This document shows, one piece after another, positions 49,532-61,156 of a DNA stretch of 64,000 nt (position 1 is the stretch's first letter; each line of letters begins with the position of its first letter). The stretch spans positions 89,254 through 153,253 of the forward strand of contig JAPLKZ010000013.1 of the NCBI GenBank assembly GCA_026387835.1. Reading direction: 5' to 3'. Source of the stretch: Candidatus Saganbacteria bacterium. Its GTDB lineage: Bacteria > Margulisbacteria > WOR-1 > JAKLHX01. The translations under genes and the position numbers were made by a program. Below the pieces are notes generated by a model. It had not been told where the DNA came from and made no database searches. It saw only the letters and a list, made by a program, of their open reading frames with translations.

Positions 49532-50065
49532 ATGGTCTTAACTGGAAGAGAAAAAGCGACGATATTGTTATCGTTATTGGGCGCCGACCTGTCGGCGCAG
49601 ATACTGAGAAGCCTGCCTCCCGATATGGCGGACCTTATTGCTTCGGGAATAAACAATCTTCCGAACCCGTCTTCGGATGTAATATCGTCCGTACTCGAAG
49701 AGTTCGCGTCTTTTATTGCTCTTCCGGATGCTTCTCAAAAGAGAGGGATCGAACAGCAGGCATCTGCCAGGAGCACTCAGGCACCGCCAAAAGCGAACAG
49801 AAGCCCGTACGACACCCTTTTTTATTCCAAACCGAAAAAAGTGGCCATGGCACTTTCAGCAGAAAGATCGTCCGTCACTGCGTTCGTAATGTCGATGCTC
49901 CCGGCCGTGCAGGCAAGGGATGTTTTGGCATTCATGCCGGACAGGAAAAATGAGATCGAAGATATCATGAGAGACCTAAGGCAGACCCCGATGTCAGAAA
50001 AGGTCAAGGAAGACGTAATCGCGATACTGGCTGAACGGATCGAAAGGATGTATTCGGAAGGTTAA
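49532..50065 (+). CDS. fliG: FliG-like protein, short (177 aa)
   Basis: N-terminus GREKATILLSLLGADLSAQILRSL resembles FliG N-domain; ORF ends 6 nt before fliH. Confidence 0.55.
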   Translation: MVLTGREKATILLSLLGADLSAQILRSLPPDMADLIASGINNLPNPSSDVISSVLEEFASFIALPDASQKRGIEQQASARSTQAPPKANRSPYDTLFYSKPKKVAMALSAERSSVTAFVMSMLPAVQARDVLAFMPDRKNEIEDIMRDLRQTPMSEKVKEDVIAILAERIERMYSEG

Positions 50066-50070
50066 ATATT

Positions 50071-50817
50071 ATGGCATTGATAAAAAGATCGCAAGTCATT
50101 GAAAGAGGTTGTATAGACCTGAAGACAGAGGTCCCTGCCATCAGGCAGCAGCCGTCGGCCGATTTTTCCGGGGAAGAAGCGCAGGCTTTTGAAGAGATAA
50201 AAGAAGAGATCGTTTCTCATACAGTGGATGAAGCTTATGAAAAAACAGGGGAGATAATCGCCCAGGCCCAGGCAGAGGCCAAAGAGCTATTAAAAAAGGC
50301 CAATCAAGAGGCGGAGACCCTGTTCTTAAGGACAAAGGAAGAAGCGGTGCAGGCGGGCAAGGCCGAAGGCGAAGCCAGCGTGAGCGAGAACATAACCGCT
50401 TCGCTTGAGACACTGAACAACGCGATAAAGGAAAGAAAAAGGATCATCAAGGATTCGGAAGGGGAGATCCTGCGGCTTTCACTGAAGATAGCGGAACAGG
50501 TGATAAGAAGCGAAGTGTCGCTGCACAAGGATGTGGTGATGAACATCGTGGCCGAGGCGGTGAACAAGGTCAGCGACAGGGAGAATGTAATAATAAAGGT
50601 CAACAGGGAAGATGCCGAGCATATAAAAAAATACAAGGACAGGCTGTCAGGGATAGTGGATGGCGTGAAAAACCTTTCTATAATAGAAGACAGCCAGGTA
50701 GAACCCGGAGGCTGTGTTATCGAGACGAATCTCGGGTTTGTCGACGCGCGCGTCAGCACAAAACTCTCGCTGATAGAGCAATCGCTTATGAAGGCGCAGG
50801 CAAGTGTCACAGAATAA
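50071..50817 (+). CDS. fliH: flagellar assembly protein FliH
   Basis: 248 aa; coiled-coil N-terminal half and C-terminal FliH motif. Confidence 0.7.
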   Translation: MALIKRSQVIERGCIDLKTEVPAIRQQPSADFSGEEAQAFEEIKEEIVSHTVDEAYEKTGEIIAQAQAEAKELLKKANQEAETLFLRTKEEAVQAGKAEGEASVSENITASLETLNNAIKERKRIIKDSEGEILRLSLKIAEQVIRSEVSLHKDVVMNIVAEAVNKVSDRENVIIKVNREDAEHIKKYKDRLSGIVDGVKNLSIIEDSQVEPGGCVIETNLGFVDARVSTKLSLIEQSLMKAQASVTE

Positions 50818-52153
50818 TTCTCTCCAGGAAAACACTTCTTTGATAGATTTTGAAAAATACCACAAAGCCGTAGAACGTTCCGAAGGAATAAGGGTCATCG
50901 GAAAGGTCATCCAGGTCGTCGGATTGATCCTTGAGGCGCAGGTGCAGGGGGTCTCAATAGGAGACCTCTGTATCATCAGGCTGAATAAGGGAAACGCCGA
51001 TGACATCAGGTATGGGGAGGTCGTCGGATTCAAGGAAGGAAGGGTCCTTCTGATGCCGCTCGGCACGACCACGGGGATATCTCCGGGTTCCGAAGTCCTT
51101 GCCGCGGGACATCCTCTGATGGTAAAAGTAGGCCAAGGGCTTTTGGGCAGGGTGCTCGGAGGTCTGGGAGAGCCTATTGATGATAAAGGCCCTTTGATAA
51201 CCGAAGAAGAAAGGCCTCTTGACGCCGATCCTCCGGACCCGGTGAAAAGACCGAGGGTGACGGAAATAATCAGGGCCGGGATCCGGGCGATAGACGGGCT
51301 GCTTACTTTGGGAAGAGGGCAAAGGATCGGGATCTTTGCCGGTTCAGGAGTGGGTAAATCGACGTTGATGGGCATGCTCGCGAGGAACGCGGAAGCGGAT
51401 GTAAACGTCATAGCGCTCATCGGAGAGCGCGGAAGAGAAGTAAGGGATTTTATCGAGGAATCGCTGGGAGAAGAGGGCCTGAAAAAATCCGTCGTAGTGG
51501 TGGCGACATCGGACCAGCCGCCTCTGGTCAGGCTAAAAGCGTCTTTTGTGGCTACGGCTATAGCGGAATATTTCAGGGACCAGGACAAAAAGGTCATCTT
51601 CATGATGGATTCGGTGACGCGCTTTGCGTACGCGCAAAGGGACGTGGGGCTGGCGTCCGGAGAGCCTCCCACGACGAGAGGTTATACTCCGTCGGTCTTT
51701 GCGATGCTGCCGAGGCTTATGGAAAGGTCAGGCACGGCGGAGATAGGTTCCATCACCGGACTTTACACCATACTTGTCGAAGGAGATGATTTCAACGAAC
51801 CTATAGCCGATCAGTCAAGGAGCATTCTTGACGGCCATATAATACTGTCCAGGGCGCTTGCGGCAAAGAACCATTATCCGGCGATAGATGTGCTTCCGAG
51901 CGTGAGCCGGTTGATGTCTAACCTTGTTTCGGATGAGCACAAAGAAGCGGCCGGAAAGCTCAGGGAGGTTCTGGCGCGCTACAGCGAAGCCGAAGACCTC
52001 ATCAATATCGGTGCTTATGTAAAAGGGTCCAACCCGAAGATCGACGAGGCGATCGCAAAGATCGACGCGGTCAACGAATTCCTCAAACAGGGCACTTTTG
52101 AACAGGTAATGTTCGAGGACATGCTTGACCAGCTCCTTTCAATATTTTACTGA
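50804..52153 (+). CDS. fliI: flagellum-specific ATP synthase FliI
   Basis: 449 aa; Walker A GSGVGKST. Confidence 0.9.
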   Translation: MSQNNSLQENTSLIDFEKYHKAVERSEGIRVIGKVIQVVGLILEAQVQGVSIGDLCIIRLNKGNADDIRYGEVVGFKEGRVLLMPLGTTTGISPGSEVLAAGHPLMVKVGQGLLGRVLGGLGEPIDDKGPLITEEERPLDADPPDPVKRPRVTEIIRAGIRAIDGLLTLGRGQRIGIFAGSGVGKSTLMGMLARNAEADVNVIALIGERGREVRDFIEESLGEEGLKKSVVVVATSDQPPLVRLKASFVATAIAEYFRDQDKKVIFMMDSVTRFAYAQRDVGLASGEPPTTRGYTPSVFAMLPRLMERSGTAEIGSITGLYTILVEGDDFNEPIADQSRSILDGHIILSRALAAKNHYPAIDVLPSVSRLMSNLVSDEHKEAAGKLREVLARYSEAEDLINIGAYVKGSNPKIDEAIAKIDAVNEFLKQGTFEQVMFEDMLDQLLSIFY

Positions 52154-52165
52154 TACAATATAATT

Positions 52166-54220
52166 ATGGCAAAGACCAACTTTTTACTTGAGATAGGAGT
52201 GGAGGAAGTGCCGGCAAGGTTCCTTGACGGGGTGCTTCAAAGCCTCTGCGAAAACGTAAAAAAGGCGCTCGAAGAACGCCGCGTCGGCTTTGACGCGATA
52301 CAAGTTTGCGGGACGATGAAAAGGCTGGTGCTTTTTGTCGAAGGCATTTTGGAAAAACAGCAGGACATGATGTCCGAAGTTAAAGGCCCGCCCAAGAAGA
52401 TCGCGTTCAACCCGGACGGCACAGCCACAAAAGCCGCTTTGGGATTTGCCGCTTCGCAGGACCTAAAACCAAAAGACCTTATTGTCAGGCAGACAAATGA
52501 AGGAGAGTATGTTTATGCCGTCAGGAACGAAAAAGGCATCAGCACTAAGAAAGTGCTTACAGACGTTATCCCGAAGGCAATACTCTCCATCCACCTGCCG
52601 ATATCGATGAAATGGCAGGACGGCGACATTTCTTTCATAAGGCCCATACATTATATTATGGCGTTCCTGGGCAAAGACCCGGTGAGATTTTCGGTAGGAA
52701 AAATATCCGCGTCAGACAAGACTTTGGGACACAGGTTTTTGTCGGACTCTGTGATGCACGCCTATAATGGCGGCGCCGATCTGCAAAAATTCGAAGAATT
52801 TCTTGAAAAACTCGGGGTCATGCTGGACCGGGAAAAAAGAAAAAGCCGGATAATCAAGGGCATAAAAAACCACGAGGAACGGACCAAGGAAAAAATATTC
52901 GCGGATGAAGACCTGATAAATGAAGTCTCAAATATCGTCGAATATCCGCAGGTGCTTGAAGGCAAGTTCGACAGGCAGTTCATAATGGTCCTGCCGCAGG
53001 ACGTGATCTATACGGTCGTGAAGAATCAGCAAAAATGCTTCCCTGCGCAGCAGAGCGGGTCCTTTTTGATCGTTGCCGACGGCGTGAAAGAGAAAGAGAT
53101 AATATCAGGTTACGAGCAGGTCGTGAACGCGAGGCTGCACGATGCCAAATTCTTTTATGACGAGGACGTGAAGATACCGCTCGACAAGAACATCGAGAAG
53201 ATGAAGAAGATCGTCTACCACGAAAAGATAGGGAGCATGTGGGACAAGACACGTAGGATCGTAAAACTATCCTGCTGGCTTGCGGCTCAGCTCACCGATA
53301 ACAAGGAGACGATCGCCCAGGTAGAGAGGGCCGCGGAGCTTTCAAAAGCCGACCTTGCAACGCATATGGTCGGCGAGTTCTCCAGCCTTGCCGGTGCGAT
53401 GGGCAGGGAATACAGTCTTGTTGCCGGTGAGGATATTCGGATAAGCCGCGCGATATATGAACATTATCTTCCCAGGTTCGCGGGCGATGCGGTCCCTACG
53501 GAGGTCCAGGGAGCGGTAATAGGGATAGCCGACCGGATGGATTCGATCGCATCCTGTTTCGCGGCGGATATTATCCCGACCGGGTCGGTAGACCCGTACG
53601 GGTTGAGAAGGGCGGCATCAGGCATCGTCTCCATAATGATGAAAAAAAACATCGGGATACCGCTTTCAAAGCTGGCCGAAAAAAGCATGGAGATCCTGAA
53701 TATATCGGATGCCGGCAAAAAAGGCAGGATCATTGATTTCATAAAACAAAGGTTAAAAGTCGTGCTTGAAGGGGAAGGTGTCAGATATGATGTCTGTGAT
53801 AGTGTCCTTGCGATCTCGGACGATCTCATCCCCGCGTACTGCAAGGCGTTCGAAATAATGAAAGCACTTGAAGATGCCTGGTTAAAGGCAGTGATCCTTG
53901 CTGCGGACAGGATAAACAGGATCGTCGGGGACGCCAAGACTTCAAATATCGATACCGAAGCATTCACGCAGAGTGAGGAAAGGGAACTTTACAGGAACTA
54001 TTGCCAGATAAAAGATATTGTAAAGGAACATCTTTCGGGAAAAGAATATGCCAAGGCCCTTTTTGACTATAAGGTCATGACAAGGCCGGTCGACGTGTTC
54101 TTTGAAAAAGTCCTTGTGATGCACCAGGATGATAAGGTCAGGGCTAACCGCCTGGCGCTTTTAAACGGTGTAAAAAGTCTCTATATGATGTTCGCTGATT
54201 TTTCAAAGATCGTTATTTAA
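52166..54220 (+). CDS. glyS: glycyl-tRNA synthetase beta subunit
   Basis: 684 aa; GlyS-like N-terminus (LLEIGVEEVPARF); no glyQ adjacent. Confidence 0.85.
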   Translation: MAKTNFLLEIGVEEVPARFLDGVLQSLCENVKKALEERRVGFDAIQVCGTMKRLVLFVEGILEKQQDMMSEVKGPPKKIAFNPDGTATKAALGFAASQDLKPKDLIVRQTNEGEYVYAVRNEKGISTKKVLTDVIPKAILSIHLPISMKWQDGDISFIRPIHYIMAFLGKDPVRFSVGKISASDKTLGHRFLSDSVMHAYNGGADLQKFEEFLEKLGVMLDREKRKSRIIKGIKNHEERTKEKIFADEDLINEVSNIVEYPQVLEGKFDRQFIMVLPQDVIYTVVKNQQKCFPAQQSGSFLIVADGVKEKEIISGYEQVVNARLHDAKFFYDEDVKIPLDKNIEKMKKIVYHEKIGSMWDKTRRIVKLSCWLAAQLTDNKETIAQVERAAELSKADLATHMVGEFSSLAGAMGREYSLVAGEDIRISRAIYEHYLPRFAGDAVPTEVQGAVIGIADRMDSIASCFAADIIPTGSVDPYGLRRAASGIVSIMMKKNIGIPLSKLAEKSMEILNISDAGKKGRIIDFIKQRLKVVLEGEGVRYDVCDSVLAISDDLIPAYCKAFEIMKALEDAWLKAVILAADRINRIVGDAKTSNIDTEAFTQSEERELYRNYCQIKDIVKEHLSGKEYAKALFDYKVMTRPVDVFFEKVLVMHQDDKVRANRLALLNGVKSLYMMFADFSKIVI

Positions 54221-54235
54221 ATTGGGAGAACAAAA

Positions 54236-55501
54236 GTGAAGATGAAAAACCTGCTTATACCGACACTGCGGGAAGATCCTTCCGAAGCCGAGGTGATAAG
54301 CCACCGCCTGATGCTGAGGGCCGGTTATATCAGAAAGCTTGCGGCAGGCATCTATTCATACCTTCCCCTGATGAACAGGGTGCTAAAAAAGATAGAAAAG
54401 ATCATCAGGCGCGAAATGGACGCGGCCGGAGCTCAGGAGCTGCTTTTGCCGGCGGTCCAGCCGGCGGAGCTCTGGCAGGAAACGGGAAGATGGGATATCT
54501 ACGGCAAAGAACTTATGAGGATAAAGGACCGCCACGAGCGGGACTTCTGCCTGGGCCCGACGCATGAAGAAGTCATCACCGACCTTGTAAGGAACAACAT
54601 CTCTTCTTACAAACAGCTTCCCGTCATGCTCTACCAGATACAGACCAAATTCCGCGACGAGATAAGGCCGAGGTTCGGGCTCATGCGAGGGAGAGAGTTC
54701 ATAATGAAGGACTGCTACAGCTTTGACAGGGACCAGAAAGGGCTGGATGAGAGCTACAAAAAGATGAACAAAGCGTACTGCAACATATTTGACCGCTGCG
54801 GCCTGCGTTACCGTGTCGTTGAGGCGGATCCCGGAGCTATCGGAGGAGGATTTTCCCAGGAATTCATGGTGCTTGCAAATACCGGAGAGGACGAGATCGT
54901 TTATTGCAGCGACTGTTCTTTTGCGGTCTCCAAGGCTTTGTCAAATATCGAATCAGACAATTCCTGCCCAAGATGTTCAAAAGGCGTGCTTAAGATAGAA
55001 AGAGGCATCGAGGTCGGGCACATATTCCAGCTCGGCACAAAATATTCCGAAAAAATGCAGGCGCTCTATCTTGACGAGGACGGCCTCCGCAAGCCCTATA
55101 TTATGGGATGCTACGGCATAGGCGTGGGAAGGACCGCCGCGGCAGCCATAGAACAAAACCATGACGATAACGGCATCATATGGCCGGTACAGATAGCTCC
55201 GTTCCATGTCGCTGTGATCCCGGTAAACACTTCTGACCCGAAACAGATCGAAGCAGCGGAAAAGATCTACGGCGTCCTGATAGCAATGGGCATCGAAGCT
55301 CTGCTTGATGACAGGGATGAAAGGGCGGGGGTCAAGTTTAAGGACATGGACCTGATCGGGATACCGGTCAAGGTGATCATCGGCAAGGCTCTTTCGGACG
55401 GGAATGTGGAAATAGTTCTGAGAGCAGGCGGAAAAAAAGAAATAGTCGCACTGGAGACCGCAGCGGAAGCGGTCAAAAAGGCAGTATCATGTCAGTCCTG
55501 A
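54236..55501 (+). CDS. proS: prolyl-tRNA synthetase, short form lacking the INS editing domain
   Basis: 421 aa; class II aaRS motifs, anticodon-binding domain. Confidence 0.8.
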   Translation: MKMKNLLIPTLREDPSEAEVISHRLMLRAGYIRKLAAGIYSYLPLMNRVLKKIEKIIRREMDAAGAQELLLPAVQPAELWQETGRWDIYGKELMRIKDRHERDFCLGPTHEEVITDLVRNNISSYKQLPVMLYQIQTKFRDEIRPRFGLMRGREFIMKDCYSFDRDQKGLDESYKKMNKAYCNIFDRCGLRYRVVEADPGAIGGGFSQEFMVLANTGEDEIVYCSDCSFAVSKALSNIESDNSCPRCSKGVLKIERGIEVGHIFQLGTKYSEKMQALYLDEDGLRKPYIMGCYGIGVGRTAAAAIEQNHDDNGIIWPVQIAPFHVAVIPVNTSDPKQIEAAEKIYGVLIAMGIEALLDDRDERAGVKFKDMDLIGIPVKVIIGKALSDGNVEIVLRAGGKKEIVALETAAEAVKKAVSCQS

Positions 55502-56397
55502 TAGCGGGCACAGTAGCCCTTGACGACCTTAAGACCCCGTTCGGCGAAAGGAAGAACGTGCTCGGAGGCTCGGCGGTGCATGCAAGCGTTTCCGCCGGTT
55601 TTTTTTCACCGGTAAAGCTCCTCAGCATAGTAGGAAGGGATTTCCCGAAAAGACATCTGGACTTTTTAAGTTCAAGGCGCATAGACCTGAAAGGCCTTAA
55701 GATCTCGAAAGGAAAGACTTTCCACTGGGAAGGGTTCTATGAATATGACATGAACCAGGCCCATTCGGTCAGGACGGACCTTAATGTGTTGACGCTGTTC
55801 GATCACAAGCTCCCCCGGGGATATGAAAAATGCGAATATGTGTTCCTTGCCAATATCGATCCGGAAATACAGCTCAGGATAATATCACAATTAAAAAAGC
55901 CGAAGCTCATCGTCGCGGACACGATGAATTACTGGATATCGAACAAACGCAGAGCGCTTGAAAAAGTGATAAAAAAAGTAGATATCATGCTTTTAAACGA
56001 TATGGAAGCAAGGCAGCTGACGGGTAGTCCCAACCTGATACGCGCCGCCTCGGACGTGCTTAAAGCCGGGGCAAAGTATGTTATAATAAAAAAAGGAGAG
56101 CACGGAGCCCTTCTTTTTTCAAAAAAATCACATTTTTCGGCACCATCATACCCGCAGGAAAAATTGACGGACCCGACAGGAGCAGGCGACAGTTTCGCGG
56201 GCGGCTTCATAGGTTATCTTGCAAAGAGCGGGGATCTGAGCGGCAGGAATATGAGGAAAGCCGTGATAGTGGGAACGGTAATGGCGTCCTTTAACGTCGA
56301 GGATTTTTCGCTCGACGCTTTAAGGAGATTAAAATACAGAGATATCATCGGAAGATTCAAAAAAATAAAGAAATATTCGCATTTTGACGGAATTTAA
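55489..56397 (+). CDS. PfkB-family carbohydrate kinase
   Basis: 302 aa; [13 protein letters not shown] motif. Confidence 0.75.
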   Translation: MSVLIAGTVALDDLKTPFGERKNVLGGSAVHASVSAGFFSPVKLLSIVGRDFPKRHLDFLSSRRIDLKGLKISKGKTFHWEGFYEYDMNQAHSVRTDLNVLTLFDHKLPRGYEKCEYVFLANIDPEIQLRIISQLKKPKLIVADTMNYWISNKRRALEKVIKKVDIMLLNDMEARQLTGSPNLIRAASDVLKAGAKYVIIKKGEHGALLFSKKSHFSAPSYPQEKLTDPTGAGDSFAGGFIGYLAKSGDLSGRNMRKAVIVGTVMASFNVEDFSLDALRRLKYRDIIGRFKKIKKYSHFDGI

Positions 56398-56439
56398 TAG
56401 AACTGTTCTGCAAAGCATTAAACCGAAAGGAGCCTAAAA

Positions 56440-57138
56440 GTGTTCAAAAGATTTGAGTCCGCGGCGAAGATCCTTTTTCAGTCAGGGTTAAATGATTCTC
56501 ACAGCGGCAACATCAGCTCAAAGGAAAGCGACGGCATATTCATCACATCAAGGTTCGCGATACCGGCGCTTTTAAAAGAGCAGGATATTATCCTGGTCGA
56601 CAGCGAAAAAAGCGGCGATAACGATGCTTTAGCTTCGCGGGATCTTCCTATACACAGGGCGATCTATCAAAGCTCTACGGCTAAAGCGGTAATACACGCG
56701 CATCTGCCGAGCGCATTGGCGCTGTCAATAACCGAGAACAAGATACTGCCGCAGGATACGAAAGGCCAGGCACTATTTCCCCAGGGGCTTTCAATACTTA
56801 AACCAAGGCAGGGCGCGGAAAAAGAAGAGCTGATCAGGATGATAATTCCCGTTCTTGGTCCGGTCCCGGGAGCCGTGGTGATAAAAGGATACGGGGTATT
56901 TGCTTACGGCAATTCGATCGAAGAAGCTCTTGAGATAATCACAGCTCTTGAGATGTCGTCCAAAGTCTGGCTTTCCACAAAACTGATACCGCAAAAAATA
57001 AGCCAGGGCCAAAGCATGGGCCATAACCAGGGACAGCGCACGTTCGAACACCGCAAAAGGACCGCTATTCCTCCGGGCATCGGAGTTATGGACCGCAGGA
57101 GCGGGATAAGCAGCTACCGCCGAGACAAGAACAGATAA
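56440..57138 (+). CDS. class II aldolase/adducin-like domain protein, uncertain
   Basis: 232 aa; HSGNIS and IHAHLPSALALS resemble class II aldolase metal-binding region. Confidence 0.45.
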   Translation: MFKRFESAAKILFQSGLNDSHSGNISSKESDGIFITSRFAIPALLKEQDIILVDSEKSGDNDALASRDLPIHRAIYQSSTAKAVIHAHLPSALALSITENKILPQDTKGQALFPQGLSILKPRQGAEKEELIRMIIPVLGPVPGAVVIKGYGVFAYGNSIEEALEIITALEMSSKVWLSTKLIPQKISQGQSMGHNQGQRTFEHRKRTAIPPGIGVMDRRSGISSYRRDKNR

Positions 57139-57143
57139 AGCCC

Positions 57144-59309
57144 ATGCAGGACATCACGGAACTTTTAGAAAAAATAAAGTTTTACGCTCCTTCCGCTGAT
57201 CTTGCGCTTGTCCAGAAAGCCGCGGATTTTTCCTCGAAAGTTCACGAGGGGCAAAAACGCCTTTCGGGAGACCCTTATATTTCGCATCCCATTGCCGTGG
57301 CAAAGATACTTGCCGAGCTGGAGCAGGACTCTACCACGATCGCAGCGGCCCTCCTTCACGATACCATTGAAGACGCTTCCGTAGACGAGAAGACCCTCAC
57401 AAGAGAGTTCGGCGGCACAATCACAAAACTGGTCGCGGGAATTACAAAACTGCGGCAGCTTACGTTCGAGTCAAGGGAACAGCGGCAGGCGGAAAATTTC
57501 AGGAAGATGTTCTTCGCGATGGCAGAGGATATCCGAATAATAATCATCAAGCTTGCCGACCGGCTGCACAATATGAAGACCCTCGATTTTTTATCCGGCG
57601 ACAGACAGCTCGACATTGCGGCTGAGACAAGAGAGATCTATGCTCCGCTTGCGCACAGGCTCGGCATGTGGCGCCTTAAGTGGGAGCTTGAAGACCTTTC
57701 ATTTTATTATCTTGAACGGGATAAATATGACAGCATCAAGAACCTGGTCAACCAGAAGAGGGAAGAGCGGGAAAAGTTCGTGAACGAGTTCATCGCTCAG
57801 GTGACCCAGGCGGTATTAAAAGTGGAGATCAACGCTTCGATAGCGGGAAGGTCAAAACATTTTTACAGCATATACAACAAGATCGTGCAGAAGAACGTCG
57901 AGTTCGACGACATATACGATCTCATCGCGATACGCGTCATAGTAGATTCCGTTAAGGATTGTTACGCGGTGCTTGGCGTCATCCATTCTATATGGAAACC
58001 TATCCCCGGCAGGTTCCGTGATTTTATTGCGATCCCTAAATCCAACGGCTACCAGTCGCTGCACACTACGGTGATGGGTTCCTTCGGAAAACCAGTGGAG
58101 ATACAGATCAGGACAAAAGAGATGCATAAAGTGGCAGAATACGGCGTTGCGGCGCACTGGCGGTATAAAGAAGGCGCGACCGACAGTGATTTTGACGCGA
58201 AACTCGCGTGGCTTAGGCAAATGCTCGAATACCAGAAAGAGGTGAAGGACGCAAAGGACTTTCTGGAGAACCTCAAAATAGACCTTTTCATTGACGAAGT
58301 CTTTGTATATTCGCCTAAAGGTGATGTGTATGACCTTCCTATAGACGCGACGCCGGTGGATTTCGCCTATCATGTCCACACCCAGGTCGGCCACAGGTGC
58401 GTAGGAGCTAAGGTGAACGGAAAGATCGTGCCGCTTGATCACAGGCTGAGCAACGGCGATATAGTTGAGATATTAACGAGCAATAAGGATAACCCCAAAC
58501 TCAACTGGCTCAATTTTGTCAGGACCTCTGGAGGAAAGACAAAGATAAAACAGTGGTTCAAGAAGCAGAAAAGGGAAGAAAACATTGACAGGGGAAAAGC
58601 TTCTTTCGAGGAAGAGTTAAAAAGCATCGGAGTAAACGACCTCTCGGTGATCACCGACAGCATATTAAAGGATATTTATGAAAAGCATAATGCCGGAACA
58701 AAGGAAGACCTTTTTGCTCTTATCGGGAACGGCGAACTTTCCTCCGTCCAGCTTGCCAGGGAGTGCAGAAAATCGTTAGAAAAGAACAATATCATCGAAA
58801 CGGCAGAAGAAGAGATCCCCAGGGTAAAAACCGCGCCGCAAAAAGAAAAAAAGACAAAGCAGGGTATAAATGTCCGCGGCATGGATAATATCCTGATACG
58901 GCTCGGGAAATGCTGTTTCCCGCTTCCGGGCGATGAAATAATCGGGTTCGTCACAAAGGGCCGCGGCATTACCGTCCACAGGCTTGACTGCAGTAACGTT
59001 GCCGAGGCAAAAGATATAAATAATAAAGTCGTGGAGGTGGAATGGGACAAACTCAGCGAGACCGCATATCCGGTCAATATTGAGATCGAGGCTTTTGACA
59101 GGGTAGGAGTATTAAAAGACATATTGTCCCAGATATCCGAGACAAAGACCAATATTGAATCGGCCGAGATCAGGACAAAGCGCGGCAGCAGCGCGATACT
59201 CAACCTTGTGGTCGACGTAAGGGATACAACGCACCTTAAGATCGTGACGGATGCCATACGCAAGATCTCGGACGTGTATGATGTCCATCGTTTTGCCGCG
59301 GTAAAATAA
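57144..59309 (+). CDS. rel: bifunctional (p)ppGpp synthetase/hydrolase RelA/SpoT family
   Basis: 721 aa; HD domain (HPIAVAKIL, LLHDTIED), synthetase domain, TGS and ACT regions. Confidence 0.9.
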   Translation: MQDITELLEKIKFYAPSADLALVQKAADFSSKVHEGQKRLSGDPYISHPIAVAKILAELEQDSTTIAAALLHDTIEDASVDEKTLTREFGGTITKLVAGITKLRQLTFESREQRQAENFRKMFFAMAEDIRIIIIKLADRLHNMKTLDFLSGDRQLDIAAETREIYAPLAHRLGMWRLKWELEDLSFYYLERDKYDSIKNLVNQKREEREKFVNEFIAQVTQAVLKVEINASIAGRSKHFYSIYNKIVQKNVEFDDIYDLIAIRVIVDSVKDCYAVLGVIHSIWKPIPGRFRDFIAIPKSNGYQSLHTTVMGSFGKPVEIQIRTKEMHKVAEYGVAAHWRYKEGATDSDFDAKLAWLRQMLEYQKEVKDAKDFLENLKIDLFIDEVFVYSPKGDVYDLPIDATPVDFAYHVHTQVGHRCVGAKVNGKIVPLDHRLSNGDIVEILTSNKDNPKLNWLNFVRTSGGKTKIKQWFKKQKREENIDRGKASFEEELKSIGVNDLSVITDSILKDIYEKHNAGTKEDLFALIGNGELSSVQLARECRKSLEKNNIIETAEEEIPRVKTAPQKEKKTKQGINVRGMDNILIRLGKCCFPLPGDEIIGFVTKGRGITVHRLDCSNVAEAKDINNKVVEVEWDKLSETAYPVNIEIEAFDRVGVLKDILSQISETKTNIESAEIRTKRGSSAILNLVVDVRDTTHLKIVTDAIRKISDVYDVHRFAAVK

Positions 59310-59346
59310 GCATTATTCCCCGCTTTTTTGATATAATCAAGATAAT

Positions 59347-60114
59347 ATGCCGTTCAATGATCTTAAGGGGGAAGACCGCGCAAAAAGGATGCTGCTTGGT
59401 GCATTCAACAGGCAGCGTATCGCGGGCGCCTACCTTTTTTGCGGCCAGGACATCGAAAAAATAATGCTCTTTACAAAAGAGTTTGCCAAGCTGTTGAATT
59501 GCGGGCAGTCCTGCGGCGGATGCCTGACCTGCAGGAAGATCGAGAACTCGGTCCATCCCGACTACATCGTGATAAGACCCGAAGGGAAAAAAGGCATCAT
59601 AAAGATCGACCGTATCAGAGAGCTGAAAGACAGGATATCAATAGGGCCTTCCGAAGGAAAGCGGCTTGTTGCGGTCATAGAGGGAGCGGATAATATCGAA
59701 GCGGCCGCCGCCAACAGTGCTTTGAAGATACTGGAAGAGCCTCCGGAAAAAGTGGTCATCATCCTTGTCGTATCGAGGATCGAGAACCTGCCGAAAACGG
59801 TCGTTTCGAGGTGCCAGAGGATCATATTTTCAGGTCTTCCGCAGGAAAGTCCGGAGCATGTCGATATCCCGGAAAGCAGCGAGATACCGGACCTTCTGGA
59901 TTATTCGGTCTCGATATCTTCCGGTTTCGGCGAAGGGGAAAGAAAGAATGTCGAGAATAAACTGGCGGCCCTTTTGATCAAATTCAGGGAGATGAAAAAA
60001 ATCAAAGAAGCAAAAGCCGTTCTGAACGCCGTCAGGGACATAAAGAGAATGGCAAACATGAGAATAACGCTTGACAACATGTCTCTTGCTTTCAGAGGAG
60101 CGTCCCATGAATAA
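59347..60114 (+). CDS. holB: DNA polymerase III delta-prime subunit
   Basis: 255 aa; AAA+ clamp-loader-like N-terminus, zinc module CGQSCGGCLTC. Confidence 0.7.
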   Translation: MPFNDLKGEDRAKRMLLGAFNRQRIAGAYLFCGQDIEKIMLFTKEFAKLLNCGQSCGGCLTCRKIENSVHPDYIVIRPEGKKGIIKIDRIRELKDRISIGPSEGKRLVAVIEGADNIEAAAANSALKILEEPPEKVVIILVVSRIENLPKTVVSRCQRIIFSGLPQESPEHVDIPESSEIPDLLDYSVSISSGFGEGERKNVENKLAALLIKFREMKKIKEAKAVLNAVRDIKRMANMRITLDNMSLAFRGASHE

Positions 60115-60763
60115 AGGTCTGGGAGTTAAATTCAGGAAGTTCAACAATATCTCTCCGCTCAAGGGCTACAAGCAGGAAAGCCTTAAGATCGGCGCGCCTG
60201 TGATCGTCGAGACCGATAGGGGCACCGAATACGGATGGATAGTGGTCATAAAAGGCGACAAAGGACGCCACGCCGGTACCGATATAAAATTGCGCAAGGT
60301 CCTGAGATACGCCGACGAAAAAGATACGGCCAAGGCCGACATGCTTGCTAAAAAGGAAAAAGAGCTTTTCTGCCAGGCCTGTTCCAGGATCACAACGAAC
60401 CATATACCGATAAAGCTGCTTAATGCGGAAATAATGTTTGACGAAAGCAGGATGATACTTTACTATAAAATAACCGACGCGAAAAAGAACTTCCAGACAA
60501 AGGATGTTATAAAAGAACTCTCCGGGCTTTTCGGGATGAGGATCGAGATGCACATGATAAGCGCGAGGGACGAAGCGAGGATATTCTCGGGTTTCGGCAT
60601 CTGCGGCCGTTCGCTATGCTGCAGCACTTTTCTTGAGGACTTTCCTCATGTGACGGTAAAGATATTGAAAGAGCAGGGAATAGCCATGAACCCGTCAAAA
60701 GTCTGCGGTATTTGCGGAAAACTGCTTTGTTGTCTAAAATATGAATATGAAGGGAAGGAGTAA
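60107..60763 (+). CDS. PSP1 domain protein (RicT/YaaT-like)
   Basis: ATG 60107 overlapping holB stop; PSP1-like core and Cys-rich C-terminus. Confidence 0.65.
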   Translation: MNKGLGVKFRKFNNISPLKGYKQESLKIGAPVIVETDRGTEYGWIVVIKGDKGRHAGTDIKLRKVLRYADEKDTAKADMLAKKEKELFCQACSRITTNHIPIKLLNAEIMFDESRMILYYKITDAKKNFQTKDVIKELSGLFGMRIEMHMISARDEARIFSGFGICGRSLCCSTFLEDFPHVTVKILKEQGIAMNPSKVCGICGKLLCCLKYEYEGKE

Positions 60764-60773
60764 GGATCCCGTC

Positions 60774-61112
60774 ATGACCGAATGTGTTTTTTGCAAAATT
60801 GCCGGAGGGAAGATAAAATCTGATATCATATATCAGGATGATGATGTCGTTGCTTTTAACGATATGGATCCCCAGGCGCCGGTTCATATTCTTTTGGTAC
60901 CTAAAGAGCATATTGAAAGGATCGAAAAGGTAAAGGATCATTCAGTAGTCCAAAAGATATTTAAGGCGGCAAATAAGATAGTCAGGGAAAAGGGCCTTGA
61001 AAAAGACGGGTTCAGGATCGTGGTAAATTCAGGGCGTCACGGGGGGCAGGCGGTATTTCACCTGCACTTCCATCTTTTAGGGGGCAGGCAGATGACCTGG
61101 CCTCCCGGATAG
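60774..61112 (+). CDS. HIT family protein
   Basis: CVFCKI N-terminus and histidine triad HLHFHLLGG. Confidence 0.8.
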   Translation: MTECVFCKIAGGKIKSDIIYQDDDVVAFNDMDPQAPVHILLVPKEHIERIEKVKDHSVVQKIFKAANKIVREKGLEKDGFRIVVNSGRHGGQAVFHLHFHLLGGRQMTWPPG

Positions 61113-61156
61113 CGGGGTTTTTAGTTTAAGATTTATTTTGAGAAGGGGGGATTAAA

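Noticed and set aside
50647-51672. 341 aa minus-strand ORF antisense to fliH and fliI
   Set aside because: Overlaps the FliI Walker A region; fliI is strongly supported.
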